The notes: generated by a model not told the origin, from the sequence alone. Positions 35,844-46,814 are shown, counted from the stretch's first letter. The stretch: 64,000 bases of DNA from Candidatus Woesearchaeota archaeon (GCA_016926395.1 JAFGOT010000014.1:32058-96057), one strand, 5' to 3'. A program made the numbers and translations.

Positions 35844-36878
35844 ATGGGGGACATAAAACTTTACAAGAATGGCTTACGCTATATTATTGATATACCAAAA
35901 GACGATGTTTCTCATGCTACTTTTTTCTCAAATCATTTTAGAATAAGAGATCATAAACGAGGCTTTCCTGTTACTTTTCAAAGAGAAGAAAGTTTAGATG
36001 ATATAGTTAGGTTTAATTTTAATACACGAGATTTTTTAGAAACTCTTTTTGACAAATACTCTAGTGATGATTTATTCCCTTACTTGCGATATGTCACCAA
36101 AACAACTGATGAAGCTAAAGTTTGCTTTGATGAACTTGAATCTTCGGAGCAGTTTTATGAATTTGGGTATGTTATTAGGGCTAATAGTGGTAATAATCGA
36201 TGGGGTTATTATCAAGTATATGTTCCTGGACGAAGTAAGGATGATTTGAAAAAAATGTTCTTTTCAAAGTATCATAGTACTTCTAAACATAAAAACAACC
36301 GAGCAAACGGTTTCTCACCTCTACTTAGACTTTCAACAATGAACTTTTTAGATTACATGGCAAACATGCCTCCAACTATGAAGATTTCAGAACAAAAATA
36401 TTTAATGAGCAAGATGGCAACAGGACGTCTTTCAACATCAGAAGGAAAAGATTTTGTTGATAAATTACTTAACTTAACTGTTGATAACGCAGATAAATTA
36501 TATTTACGAATGCTAAAACGATGGGCTGGGCCTATTATTTTATTTGATAATACTAACGATTTGGATAGAAATTATGATGTGGATTTTGATAACTATAATT
36601 TAAGTGAAGACATGTTAAAATTTTTTTATCCTGTATTTAGGGATGAAAAATATCCTATTCCTGATTTAAAATTTGAAAACGGGGAATTTACGACCATGAC
36701 TCCACAAGAGGCAATGTTTAATCCTCGTGGTAAGCCTAATGAAATGGCTAGAATACTTCTAGAAAGCAAGAAACACAATGCTCCTGAGGCGAGAAAGATG
36801 GATTTACACATTCTAAACCGTATAAAAGAGCTCCAGGCAGAGTTTGAAGATAATATGCGGGCTATGAATGAGTTTTAA
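35844..36878 (+). CDS. Hypothetical protein
   Basis: 344-codon ORF, no recognised motif. Confidence 0.65.
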   Translation: MGDIKLYKNGLRYIIDIPKDDVSHATFFSNHFRIRDHKRGFPVTFQREESLDDIVRFNFNTRDFLETLFDKYSSDDLFPYLRYVTKTTDEAKVCFDELESSEQFYEFGYVIRANSGNNRWGYYQVYVPGRSKDDLKKMFFSKYHSTSKHKNNRANGFSPLLRLSTMNFLDYMANMPPTMKISEQKYLMSKMATGRLSTSEGKDFVDKLLNLTVDNADKLYLRMLKRWAGPIILFDNTNDLDRNYDVDFDNYNLSEDMLKFFYPVFRDEKYPIPDLKFENGEFTTMTPQEAMFNPRGKPNEMARILLESKKHNAPEARKMDLHILNRIKELQAEFEDNMRAMNEF

Positions 36879-36976
36879 AAGCTAACATTCGAAAGGTTTT
36901 TAAATAAAAAGCGACTTAGACTGTTTGAAATAAGTATTCTTAGATAAGAAATTTTTCTCTTAGAGGGTGAATAAAT

Positions 36977-37615
36977 TTGAACGATTCCCAGATGTTAAAA
37001 ACAGGTACTACAACGGTAGGATTAGTATGTAAAGACTGCGTAGTTTTAGCAGCAGATACTCGGGCTACAGCAGGTAGCTTAATTGTAAATAATGATGTTG
37101 ACAAAGTATTAGAAGTTACAAGTCATATGGCTTTAACAATGGCTGGAAATGTTTCTAGCATTCAAATGCTTGTAAAATATCTAAAAAGCGAGCTTGAATT
37201 AAGACAAATTCAATTAGGTCGAAATTCAACAGTTAAAGAAGCAGCAACTCTTCTATCAACATGGGTTTATGGATTAATCCGACGACCAACAATGATGCCA
37301 GAAATTGCTCACTTAATTTTTGCAGGTGCAGATAAACACGGAGTACATCTATATGATATATTCCCTGATGGGTCACTTACAAAAGAAAAAGATTATGTTT
37401 CAAGTGGATCTGGAAGCGTATTTGCTTATGGCGTTCTAGAAACACATTACAAAAAAGATATGTCTCAAGATGAAGGAATTAAATTAGCAGAAAAAATAAT
37501 TGATGCAGCAATTCAAAGAGACACAGCAAGTGGTAATGGAATTAATATTTTTGTAATTAACGCTGATGGTGTTAAAAAAGTATTAACTAAAAGAGTTAAC
37601 ACTCATTTTCAATAA
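36977..37615 (+). CDS. psmB: Proteasome beta subunit
   Basis: KTG/TTTVG propeptide cleavage site, AADTRAT, GSGS. Confidence 0.97.
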   Translation: MNDSQMLKTGTTTVGLVCKDCVVLAADTRATAGSLIVNNDVDKVLEVTSHMALTMAGNVSSIQMLVKYLKSELELRQIQLGRNSTVKEAATLLSTWVYGLIRRPTMMPEIAHLIFAGADKHGVHLYDIFPDGSLTKEKDYVSSGSGSVFAYGVLETHYKKDMSQDEGIKLAEKIIDAAIQRDTASGNGINIFVINADGVKKVLTKRVNTHFQ

Positions 37616-37797
37616 ATTAATTTATTGACTATTTTTTTTATTTTAATTTATTTTTTTACTTAATTTTTAAAGAGAATTTTTCTCAAATTATACATTAAAC
37701 GACAACAAAGTTGACTTGTAAAATAAACTATAACAAACATGGAAATTATAAACTATGACGTTGATGAAAGTGTTAGGACTTTTTAGATGTCATTTTT

Positions 37798-39708
37798 TTG
37801 ATGGTTAAAAAAATGGTAGCAGAAATAATTAAAGAAATCTTAAAGATTGTACCAAAAGAAAAAATTAGTGATGCAGTATTTGAAGGCGCTAATATTGTTC
37901 TATATACTAAAGATCCTGAGTTCTTAAAAGATGATTCAGGAGTTATCCGAAATGCAGTTGGGAAAGTTAAAAAACGAATAGAATTAAGACCAGACCCTAG
38001 CATCTGTATGGAGCCAACAAGAGCAGAAAAAGAATTTGCTAAATTAATTCCTGAAGAAGCAAACTTAGGTTATGTGCACTTTGATCCACAACGTTCAGTT
38101 GTAGTAATAGAGGCAGAAAAACCAGGACTTGTGATAGGAAAACAAGGAGAAACTCTTAGAGAAATAAGAAATCAAACCCATTGGGTGGTACAGGTTCAAC
38201 GGAAACCACCTATTCGTTCACAAATAATTGAAAATATTCGAAGCGTACTATATGAAAATTCTGATTATAGAAGAAAATTCTTAAACAAAGTAGGTGAGCG
38301 AGTCTATAATGGCTGGCTAAGACAGAAAAAAGAAGAATGGGTGCGAGTAACATATTTAGGAGCTGCACGTCAGGTTGGGAGATCTGCAATCCTTCTTCAA
38401 ACTCCAGAAAGTAGAGTGTTGCTTGATTGTGGAATGGATCCTTCATCAATAGATGGAGCCTATCCTATGCTTGAAGCACCTGAATTCAAAATAGATGAAC
38501 TTGATGCAATAATCATATCTCATGGACATTTAGATCATGTAGGATTCTTGCCTTATTTATTCAAATTTGGATACAAAGGTCCAGTTTATTGTACTGCACC
38601 AACAAGAGATATAATGGCGTTAATCCAGCTTGATACTGTGAAAATTGCAGTGGGCGATGGACGAGATCCAATTTATACAAGCGAAGAAGTAAGAGAAGTT
38701 GTAAAACACACAATAGTTTTAGACTACGAAGAAGTAACTGACGTAACTCCTGATGTAAGACTAACATTTTACAACTCAGGGCACATGTTAGGTGGTGCTA
38801 TGGTTCATCTTCACATCGGAAACGGACTTCACAACATGCTTTACACTGGCGATATTAAATACGTAAAAACAAGTTTATTATCTCCTGCAATAACAAACTT
38901 TCCTCGTCTTGAAACTTTGATGGTTGAAGGAACATACGGTTCAAAAGATGCAGTGGTGCCTCCAATAAAAGAACAAGAGAAACACATAACTGATATGATT
39001 ACTAAGACTATTGAACGGAAGGGTAAAGTTTTAATCCCAACACTTGGTAGTGGTAGAGGTCAAGAAATGCTTGTTCTAACACAAAGACTGATTGCACAAA
39101 AGAAAATACCAAACATTCCAATTTACATTCATGGAATGGTGTGGGATATAACTGCTATTTATACAGCATATCCTGAATTCTTAAACCCTGCAATAAGAAA
39201 TCAAATTTATCATGTAGAAAACAACCCATTCTTAGCGGAAAACGTTACTCGAGTGGGAAGTAATAAAGAGAAACAGCAAATAGTAGAAAGTGATGAACCT
39301 TGCTTAATATTAGCAACTAGTGGAATGCTTGTTGGGGGAGCGAGTGTTGAATACTTAAAATCTCTTTGTGAACAAGAAAAAAACACTCTAATCTTCTCAT
39401 CTTACCAGGCTGAAGGAAGTTTAGGTAGAAGAATAATGATGGGTGAAAGAACTATTAGTTTTCCTAATGGAACAAACGCTCCAGACGTTTACCATATAAA
39501 AATGGAAGTCTCTAAATTTGACATTTCAGGACATGCAGATAGAAAAGAACTTATGAGTTTTATTTCTCATTGTAATCCAAAACCAAAAAAGGTCATAATT
39601 AATCACGGAGAAAGATCTCGTCTAATAGATTTGGCAAGTAGTGTACATAAAAGTTTTAGGGTGGAAACTGTAGTTCCTCAAAACTTAGATGCAGTTAGAA
39701 TTAGATAA
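37798..39708 (+). CDS. aCPSF1/FttA beta-CASP ribonuclease with KH domains
   Basis: KH domains; SHGHLDH, SGHMLG, GHAD, NHGE; conserved position after psmB. Confidence 0.96.
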   Translation: MMVKKMVAEIIKEILKIVPKEKISDAVFEGANIVLYTKDPEFLKDDSGVIRNAVGKVKKRIELRPDPSICMEPTRAEKEFAKLIPEEANLGYVHFDPQRSVVVIEAEKPGLVIGKQGETLREIRNQTHWVVQVQRKPPIRSQIIENIRSVLYENSDYRRKFLNKVGERVYNGWLRQKKEEWVRVTYLGAARQVGRSAILLQTPESRVLLDCGMDPSSIDGAYPMLEAPEFKIDELDAIIISHGHLDHVGFLPYLFKFGYKGPVYCTAPTRDIMALIQLDTVKIAVGDGRDPIYTSEEVREVVKHTIVLDYEEVTDVTPDVRLTFYNSGHMLGGAMVHLHIGNGLHNMLYTGDIKYVKTSLLSPAITNFPRLETLMVEGTYGSKDAVVPPIKEQEKHITDMITKTIERKGKVLIPTLGSGRGQEMLVLTQRLIAQKKIPNIPIYIHGMVWDITAIYTAYPEFLNPAIRNQIYHVENNPFLAENVTRVGSNKEKQQIVESDEPCLILATSGMLVGGASVEYLKSLCEQEKNTLIFSSYQAEGSLGRRIMMGERTISFPNGTNAPDVYHIKMEVSKFDISGHADRKELMSFISHCNPKPKKVIINHGERSRLIDLASSVHKSFRVETVVPQNLDAVRIR

Positions 39709-39812
39709 TTAATTCTCACATCTACTTTTGGCCAAATAACTTCCTTTTATAGATGAAATGACATTTCTTTCTCGGAAAGGTTTATATATGCTAATTTATA
39801 GGTTTAAAGATA

Positions 39813-40346
39813 ATGGCTGATGATTGGAAGAAATGGAAGGAAAGTTCCTATTCTAAGAAAGAGGTCTTTGAATGGCCTTTAACCTTTAAATATAGAGGAG
39901 AGTTTGATTACGACGGCTTGATGAATGTCATTCGTTCTTATTATGCTAAAAATAAATTTGATAAGTTAGATGAACCTAAATTTAAATATAAAGTAGGTGG
40001 TGGCGGAAAAGCCGAAGTTGAATTTACTTTATTTAGCGAGATGAAGGCAACTGGATTTACAAAAGTAAGTCTTACTATCGATGGTCACATGTGGAATGTT
40101 GAACGTGGGAAACCTACAAATGGAAAAGTTCAACTAAAAATTCAATCAGGATTCATCCATGACTATGGAAAAGGATTTGACGAAAACAGTAAACTTCAAA
40201 GATTTATGCTACAAAAAATATACACTCCTACTGGGAAAGGAGTAGCCTATGCTGATGTTAAATCTGAAGGTAAAAAGAATGCTGAAAAGGTAGCCAATGG
40301 GCTTTTGAATGAAATAAAAAGCTTTATAGGTGTGGAGTGTGTATAA
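39813..40346 (+). CDS. Hypothetical protein, tandem paralog A
   Basis: FKYRGEFDYDGLMNVIRSY resembles the next ORF. Confidence 0.7.
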   Translation: MADDWKKWKESSYSKKEVFEWPLTFKYRGEFDYDGLMNVIRSYYAKNKFDKLDEPKFKYKVGGGGKAEVEFTLFSEMKATGFTKVSLTIDGHMWNVERGKPTNGKVQLKIQSGFIHDYGKGFDENSKLQRFMLQKIYTPTGKGVAYADVKSEGKKNAEKVANGLLNEIKSFIGVECV

Positions 40347-40358
40347 TTAGGTGTAACG

Positions 40359-40859
40359 ATGGCAGAATATTTGGCAATAACATCAGGAAAATTTTCATAC
40401 ACTGGACTTATTTCAATAACTGGCGTGTACAAATTTATAAAACAATTCATGGCAGAGCATGGATATAGTTTTAATGAGATGAATCACACTGAACAAATTT
40501 TTGAAGATGGAAAACACATCAATCTATTTATTTTAAGTGATAATAAAGTAAATGACTATGCTGAAATCGATTGGGAGATAAGTCTTAATTTTACTAATTG
40601 CCAAGAAGTGAGTGTTGAAATTGAAGGAAGACCAGTAAAGATGCATAAAGGAAGTGTTTCTTTATCTGTAGAATTATTCCAGAAATCTAATTATGATAAA
40701 AGCTTTGAACAAAATGCTTTTCAATATTTTATAAGAACAATTCTAGATAAATATGTAGTAAAGAATTATCTTAACCAAACAAAGGCGAGAGCAAAAAAAG
40801 ACTTTGCTGTCTTTATGGACCAAGCAAAAAGTTATATTAACTTAGAAAAGTTTGTTTGA
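40359..40859 (+). CDS. Hypothetical protein, tandem paralog B
   Basis: FSYTGLISITGVYKFIKQF; GGTG SD. Confidence 0.7.
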   Translation: MAEYLAITSGKFSYTGLISITGVYKFIKQFMAEHGYSFNEMNHTEQIFEDGKHINLFILSDNKVNDYAEIDWEISLNFTNCQEVSVEIEGRPVKMHKGSVSLSVELFQKSNYDKSFEQNAFQYFIRTILDKYVVKNYLNQTKARAKKDFAVFMDQAKSYINLEKFV

Positions 40860-41922
40860 TTTGAGAATGAATAAGTATAAAACTACAGGAGAACAAATGT
40901 TTTTAGTTGCTTCTATATTCTTTTTTTTAATAAATTTATTTTTTCAAAACGCTTTACATTCCTATCTTGATTTCTCTTTCTGGTGGATTTTAATATTTTT
41001 AATGTATCCAATAGTTCATTTGCTACAATTTAGAATAAATACAAGAGCAACAAATTATATTTATACAGGAGTTATACTTCTAACAATATATCAGTTATTA
41101 TTTATTTTCGTAAGTTTGTTTGCTTATATAGTTGATATAATTTTCAAAATTCTTATTCCTATGAGCTATTTATTAATTTTTAATCTTGTGATTTTAATAA
41201 TTGGATTTATTTATTCAGAAATAATAGTTGTAAGAAAATTATCAATAAATTCCCCTAAAATAAAACAAAAAACACGAATTGTTCAAATTTCAGACTTACA
41301 CGCACACGGGATTTCTTCAGAAAGTTTAATATCTAAAGTAGCTAAAAAAGTTAAAAAACAAAAACCCGATATTCTTGTAATAACTGGGGATTTATTTGAT
41401 TATTATGGTTTGCCTTCTAAGAACTCTCTTAAAGAAATTAACGCATTAAAAATTCCAACATATTATGTTTATGGAAATCACGAAAATATGTTATTAAGAG
41501 ATTACGCCTCAAAATTAATTGATGACTCTAGTGTGATTCCTTTGGTAAATGAAAACATCAAATTTAATGAACTACAATTAATAGGCCTTGATGATTGTAA
41601 TAATGGATGTTTAAATGATGGACTTAAAAAACAGCAAATAGACAATGAAGCTTATTCGATATTATTACAACATAAACCAATAAATGTTGAAAACATCTCT
41701 AAAAAAGGAATTGATTTAATGCTCAGCGGCCATACGCATGGAGGGCAATTTTTCCCGTTTAATTTGCTTCTAAATATGACTTGGAAATATCTTGGCGGAT
41801 ATTATAGAGTTAACGACATGAATCTATATGTATCTAGAGGGACGGGGACTAAATCATTTCCATTTAGACTGTTTATACCAAATGAATTAACTGTTGTGGA
41901 TTTGTTACCTCAAACTAAATAA
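40852..41922 (+). CDS. Membrane-anchored metallophosphoesterase (YkuE-like)
   Basis: SDLH, GDLFD, GNHE, QH, SGHTHGGQ, VSRG motifs after N-terminal TMs. Confidence 0.93.
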   Translation: MFDLRMNKYKTTGEQMFLVASIFFFLINLFFQNALHSYLDFSFWWILIFLMYPIVHLLQFRINTRATNYIYTGVILLTIYQLLFIFVSLFAYIVDIIFKILIPMSYLLIFNLVILIIGFIYSEIIVVRKLSINSPKIKQKTRIVQISDLHAHGISSESLISKVAKKVKKQKPDILVITGDLFDYYGLPSKNSLKEINALKIPTYYVYGNHENMLLRDYASKLIDDSSVIPLVNENIKFNELQLIGLDDCNNGCLNDGLKKQQIDNEAYSILLQHKPINVENISKKGIDLMLSGHTHGGQFFPFNLLLNMTWKYLGGYYRVNDMNLYVSRGTGTKSFPFRLFIPNELTVVDLLPQTK

Positions 41923-41955
41923 ACTTTTTAAAGGGTCATTTACTTTTCTAATTTA

Positions 41956-42921
41956 ATGAAAAGACCTGTATACTTTGAGAGAGCTTTGTTCTTTAGTTGG
42001 TACTGTGGTCTTGGAGATTGTACTTTTTGTTATATGTCAACTCTAAAAGACAATAAAACAGACCCTAAATTAGCTCGACGAAGGTTCTCATCAATATTTG
42101 CTGAAGCATTAATATCAAAAGTTATGGGTTGGAAAATTGAGTTTATTTCTGGTGGTTATGATTCATACACTAAAGATGAACTAGTTTATTTAGTTAAAGG
42201 CGTGTATGAAATTACAGGTCAAAAACAGTGGCTTAACTTAGGAACTTTATCAAAAAAAGAGCTGGAACTTTTCAAACCCTATACTGAAGGTTTTGCAGGA
42301 ACAATAGAGACTGTAAATTGGGAACTAAGAAAAAAAGTTTGTCCAAGTAAAGTTTTGCCACCTATTTTCACCTCTTTTGAATTTTGTGACGAACTAAATA
42401 TAAAAAAATCTATAACTATTATAATTGGTCTTGGTGAAACTGAAGATGATATTCCTGAATTAATTAAATTCATTAAAGAATACAATATTGATAAAATTAC
42501 TTTTTATGCATTAAATCCTCACGAAGATACTTGTTTTACAAAATCTCCTGAAAAAGAATATTATGCAACTTGGATAAGAAAAACAAGAGAATCATTCCCT
42601 ACGTTACCTATAGTTGCCGGTGCTTGGCTTGACAAAACGGACTACTATAAAGCTGTTTTAGAAGCAGGAGCAACAAGCATAACAAAAATTCCTTCAATAA
42701 GAAAATTTGGATCTGATGAAGTTCGTGAAATTGTTAAATCAGTGGAAGAAGCAGGTTGTGAGTTCCAAGGAACTTTAACTGAAATGCCAAATGTGAATTG
42801 GGAAAAATTAGTTAAAGATCTTCCAAGTGAAACTTTTGATGATAAATTAAAAGAAGAAATAGTTGGGAAACTAAATAGCTATTTGAAAAAGATGAGAAAA
42901 GGCTCTTTTACCAATAATTAA
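41956..42921 (+). CDS. Radical SAM protein, BioB/HydE/HcgA-like, CX4CX2C
   Basis: WYCGLGDCTFC; SGG, IET, IGLGET, LNP motifs. Confidence 0.8.
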   Translation: MKRPVYFERALFFSWYCGLGDCTFCYMSTLKDNKTDPKLARRRFSSIFAEALISKVMGWKIEFISGGYDSYTKDELVYLVKGVYEITGQKQWLNLGTLSKKELELFKPYTEGFAGTIETVNWELRKKVCPSKVLPPIFTSFEFCDELNIKKSITIIIGLGETEDDIPELIKFIKEYNIDKITFYALNPHEDTCFTKSPEKEYYATWIRKTRESFPTLPIVAGAWLDKTDYYKAVLEAGATSITKIPSIRKFGSDEVREIVKSVEEAGCEFQGTLTEMPNVNWEKLVKDLPSETFDDKLKEEIVGKLNSYLKKMRKGSFTNN

Positions 42922-43759
42922 TTTTCTTTAGATATTCTCTCATTTCAATTGCTGCTGTATCTTGTGAGTCTCGGCTTTCAGAAATGACTGTTGGAGACAT
43001 TTTAAATTCTTTAATTAAATCACAAAATGGTTCGGGATGAGGTTTGTAATCTCTCTCGGTGTGAGCTCTGTGACGTATTTCTCCTTTATCATTGTATTCA
43101 AGAGGTGCAAAATGACAATGAAGATTTCTTAATCCTTCTTTTCCTAAACCTTTTTCAATTTGTTCAAAAATAATTCGAAAATCATTCTTTGATTGTAAAA
43201 AACCACCATCTCTTGCATGAAGATGGCCAAAATCAACACAAGGGGCTAAGCCTTCTATTTCACTACACATTTCTATGACTTCACTAACACTTCCTAGTTG
43301 AGATTTTTTCCCCATCACTTCTGGATTTATGGTGGTTTTGATTCCAACATCTTCTTTCCATTTACAAAGATTTTTTAGTTCTTTTTTTAATTGAGAGAAT
43401 GGATTTGTTCCATTATAATATCCTGGATGAAGAACTGCACTTGTAGCTCCCATGATGTGTGCTCGAGTTAAACTTTTCTTAACACGTTCACGACTACGAA
43501 GAACTACTTCTTCTTTATCGCTTGTTAAAACAACAAAGTATGGACAATGAACGCTGAGTTTTATATTTCCTTTTTTAGCGTTATCACCCATTATTTGAGC
43601 ACGTTCGTCACTCATTTTAACACCGTGAGTGAATAGAACTTCGTATGCGTTAAGTCCTATGCTATCGATCCAAAGAGGAGCAAGAAGTCTGTCTTTTTTA
43701 AATTCGGATTCGAAGAAATTTGGTGGATTACCGCTAGTACCAAGATGTACTTTACTCAT
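42908..43759 (-). CDS. nfo: Endonuclease IV (AP endonuclease family 2)
   Basis: SVHCPYF, LHPG, PEVMGK..QLG, CVDFGHLHAR, HCHF, GEIRH. Confidence 0.88.
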   Translation of the reverse strand: MSKVHLGTSGNPPNFFESEFKKDRLLAPLWIDSIGLNAYEVLFTHGVKMSDERAQIMGDNAKKGNIKLSVHCPYFVVLTSDKEEVVLRSRERVKKSLTRAHIMGATSAVLHPGYYNGTNPFSQLKKELKNLCKWKEDVGIKTTINPEVMGKKSQLGSVSEVIEMCSEIEGLAPCVDFGHLHARDGGFLQSKNDFRIIFEQIEKGLGKEGLRNLHCHFAPLEYNDKGEIRHRAHTERDYKPHPEPFCDLIKEFKMSPTVISESRDSQDTAAIEMREYLKKINYW

Positions 43760-43797
43760 ATTGAAAATTTATTTTTTTAAGTTTATATTTGTTTCTT

Positions 43798-46191
43798 TTA
43801 GAAAAAACTATCTAGCCCTGATTGTTTAGAACCTTTCATGACATCCTCAAATGAACTATCAAGAAGACCAAGAACACTATCTGCAATTGGTTTGATTTGT
43901 TTTTCAATGTAATGATCATAATCTAGTGGTGCGAGTATTTTCTGGATTGGTTGTGGACCTTCAAGAGTTATAACATATTCAATAATGCTACCTTCTATTT
44001 TATCAAGCATACGTGCCGCTTTAACGTGAGGGGGGGTTGTTTTGGTATAGCTTTCAACGTCTTTACGCAAAGATTTTCTATAAACTAATAGTTCATCCAA
44101 TTTTCCTGATTTAATATCATCAACAAAATTAGAAACAAAATTTTCTATTGCTTCATCTTTGGCATCGCTAAAAATTAAATCAAGAAGTTTAAGTTGAAAT
44201 TCTTTAGCAAGTTCGGTCCAGTCACGACGGACAAATTCGAGACCTGTAAAATCCAACTGTTCTTTTTGACTTTCAGTTCCTAATCCTGTAACTTTCAATC
44301 CTGCATAACGTTTTTTAGCACCAACTTCTGTTCCTCTAGCTTTTGGCATAAAAAATTTCTTGAAAAGTTTTTCATATTCTAACTCTAAAACAGAATTCGT
44401 ATTATATTTTTCTTCGATGTGTTTTTGAATAAATTTGTTTAAATCTTTTTCAATAGATTTACCTATATTGTCTGCTTCGAGAAGATCTTTTGTCTTGACA
44501 TCAACAAAAACAGAATCTGTATCTCCATAAATAACATCATAACCTTGTTCTTCAAGACGAGATGCTGTTAATTTAATGAAATATTGTCCAAAAGAAGTTA
44601 TTGAGTTGGATAAGTTTCTAATATGATATCTTGAATTTGGACTTGCAAGAACCCCGTACATAGAATTCATCAAAATCTTAATTGCATAACGTGCCAATTC
44701 GTTTCCTTGTCTTCGAGCAACATCACGTTCATCCCACAAAGTTTTAAGCATAGACGGCATAATTCCCTCTTCATTCCTAAAAACTGCATCGTTTGGGGCA
44801 ATAATATATTGATCTTTGTCATTAACGTCAATTTCTTGTTCTAAGTATTGTTTTTCACCAACATAAGAATAGGGATCAATATTAAACGTTCTCATAAGAG
44901 ATGGATATAGTGATTTAAAATCAAGAACTAACACATTATCATAAATTCCTGGTTTGGAAGAACGAACATATCCTCCAATTCCTTCTTCACTATTTGTAGG
45001 TCTAGTGCTTGGAGCAACAACTCCTTTTTTTCTAAGTTCACGCAAATACAAAGAATCAAAACTAGCAATGCTTGCTTTAACAGAATCCATGTGAAGACCT
45101 GTTAATAATGATCGCTGCATAGTTAAGTCATAAACGCCACTTTTAATTATAATATCGTATGTTAACCGAGAATCTTTGATGTTGTATGCGATGAATTGCT
45201 TTGGATTATTAGTATACATTTCATCAATTATTTCAAAACGTTTATCTTCTTCAATTAATTTACTGTCATTTAGAAAGTGCTTAGCAGCAGTGTTAAGTTT
45301 GTAATCGTCAAGTTTGATGAATGATGATTTTAATAATTGAATACCATCAAGAATTACTCGGCCATACGCATTTGCTGATGAGTCTCTAAAAAAAGAAGAT
45401 TCTATTCTTAATGAACTATTTCTATCGTCACGACCAATATTAAATGATAATTTGTAAAACTTTGCTCTTTCAAGAATAACTTTCAAGTCAAAATCAATAA
45501 CGTGCCATCCTGTTATTATATCAGGGTCATATTCTCTTATAATTTTGAAAAACCAAGATATTAAATCTTGTTCTTCTGAAAATAATGTTATGTTTTTATC
45601 AAATTCTTTTTCGAATTTACTTACTGAATCGTTTTTTAGAATTCCTGCAAATTCTTCTTTGTCTGTTGCAAACGAGATTGAGTAAATTATATTTGCTTTG
45701 GCGTCAGTCTCAATGTCAAAAGCTATCATTTTAGGAGAACATTTTTTTACTATTTCTGGAGTTTTACTTACTGGATTTATTTCTGGATTAACGAATAATA
45801 TATCTGTATACTTGCCTTTTAGTTCTTCTCCCTTGATATCTAATAATGCAAGAATTCCTTTATCCATCAAAAAACGGCGAGTAAATTGAATGTCTGCTTC
45901 AAAACAAGGAACATCGCTTTTTTCAAAAAGAGACCGAAGCTCAGGAACTTCTTTTGGACTTAAGGTATTAATCTTAAGAACAGGTTCTTTTTGCATTGTT
46001 GTAAGTGTTGTTTCTTCCGCTGTGATTTCTGCTTTTATTAATTTTTTATCTTCTTTTCTAATGAAAAAATAAGGGGTGTATGGAACTTGAATTTCAAATG
46101 ATTTTTGATTCTCAAGTCTTCCAAACAAATGAACTATTGTAATATTATTTTCTGTGGTATAATGACTGTTTGTGATAAATCCTAAAACCAT
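43798..46191 (-). CDS. polB: Family B DNA polymerase with intact exonuclease motifs
   Basis: FDIET, GWH..DFD, YNIKD; DFKSLYPS, KILMNSMYG, YGDTDS. Confidence 0.96.
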   Translation of the reverse strand: MVLGFITNSHYTTENNITIVHLFGRLENQKSFEIQVPYTPYFFIRKEDKKLIKAEITAEETTLTTMQKEPVLKINTLSPKEVPELRSLFEKSDVPCFEADIQFTRRFLMDKGILALLDIKGEELKGKYTDILFVNPEINPVSKTPEIVKKCSPKMIAFDIETDAKANIIYSISFATDKEEFAGILKNDSVSKFEKEFDKNITLFSEEQDLISWFFKIIREYDPDIITGWHVIDFDLKVILERAKFYKLSFNIGRDDRNSSLRIESSFFRDSSANAYGRVILDGIQLLKSSFIKLDDYKLNTAAKHFLNDSKLIEEDKRFEIIDEMYTNNPKQFIAYNIKDSRLTYDIIIKSGVYDLTMQRSLLTGLHMDSVKASIASFDSLYLRELRKKGVVAPSTRPTNSEEGIGGYVRSSKPGIYDNVLVLDFKSLYPSLMRTFNIDPYSYVGEKQYLEQEIDVNDKDQYIIAPNDAVFRNEEGIMPSMLKTLWDERDVARRQGNELARYAIKILMNSMYGVLASPNSRYHIRNLSNSITSFGQYFIKLTASRLEEQGYDVIYGDTDSVFVDVKTKDLLEADNIGKSIEKDLNKFIQKHIEEKYNTNSVLELEYEKLFKKFFMPKARGTEVGAKKRYAGLKVTGLGTESQKEQLDFTGLEFVRRDWTELAKEFQLKLLDLIFSDAKDEAIENFVSNFVDDIKSGKLDELLVYRKSLRKDVESYTKTTPPHVKAARMLDKIEGSIIEYVITLEGPQPIQKILAPLDYDHYIEKQIKPIADSVLGLLDSSFEDVMKGSKQSGLDSFF

Positions 46192-46277
46192 ATTATTAGA
46201 ACATTATTCTTTATTTATAAACCCTATCATCAACACAAACCTTTTTAAAAAGAGTTTATTTAAAAAAGACTATTAAG

Positions 46278-46814
46278 ATGGTGAGAAATCTTAGAAACTC
46301 TAGAAAAGGAGCCTATTTTTTTGTACTTGATGCTATAATTGGCATTCTAATATTTGCAACAACTGTTTTTATAATTGCTGGCTTTAATACGTTTAAACCC
46401 GCGACAGGAGCTCTTTCTCAACAACTAGATTTATTATCGGCTGACCTTTATGAAACTGAACTTCGAAATGTTGATATCACTGCTGATTTTTTCTTAGATT
46501 TAAAGCAAAACCATCCTTTATATGATCCTTATTTGACGGTTGATGAATTTGTTTATTTTTTAGTTTTATCAAGTGAAACTGATAAAGCATCTTTATTGGT
46601 TGGAAATTTAACTAATTGGCTTGTTCCTTCTTATGGTATTAACTATTCAATAACTTATGGATCGAACATAGTAACTGTATTTTATAGGGACTCGACGATA
46701 ACAACATATGAAGATAGTAGATCAAGTTTAGCTAGAGAAAAAGTTACTGTTTTAGGTTCAAATATGACTAATTTTATTGAACCCGGATTTTCTTCGGTGG
46801 TGATTTGGAGATGA
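46278..46814 (+). CDS. Pilin-like protein
   Basis: RKGAYFFVLDAIIG class III-like leader. Confidence 0.75.
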   Translation: MVRNLRNSRKGAYFFVLDAIIGILIFATTVFIIAGFNTFKPATGALSQQLDLLSADLYETELRNVDITADFFLDLKQNHPLYDPYLTVDEFVYFLVLSSETDKASLLVGNLTNWLVPSYGINYSITYGSNIVTVFYRDSTITTYEDSRSSLAREKVTVLGSNMTNFIEPGFSSVVIWR

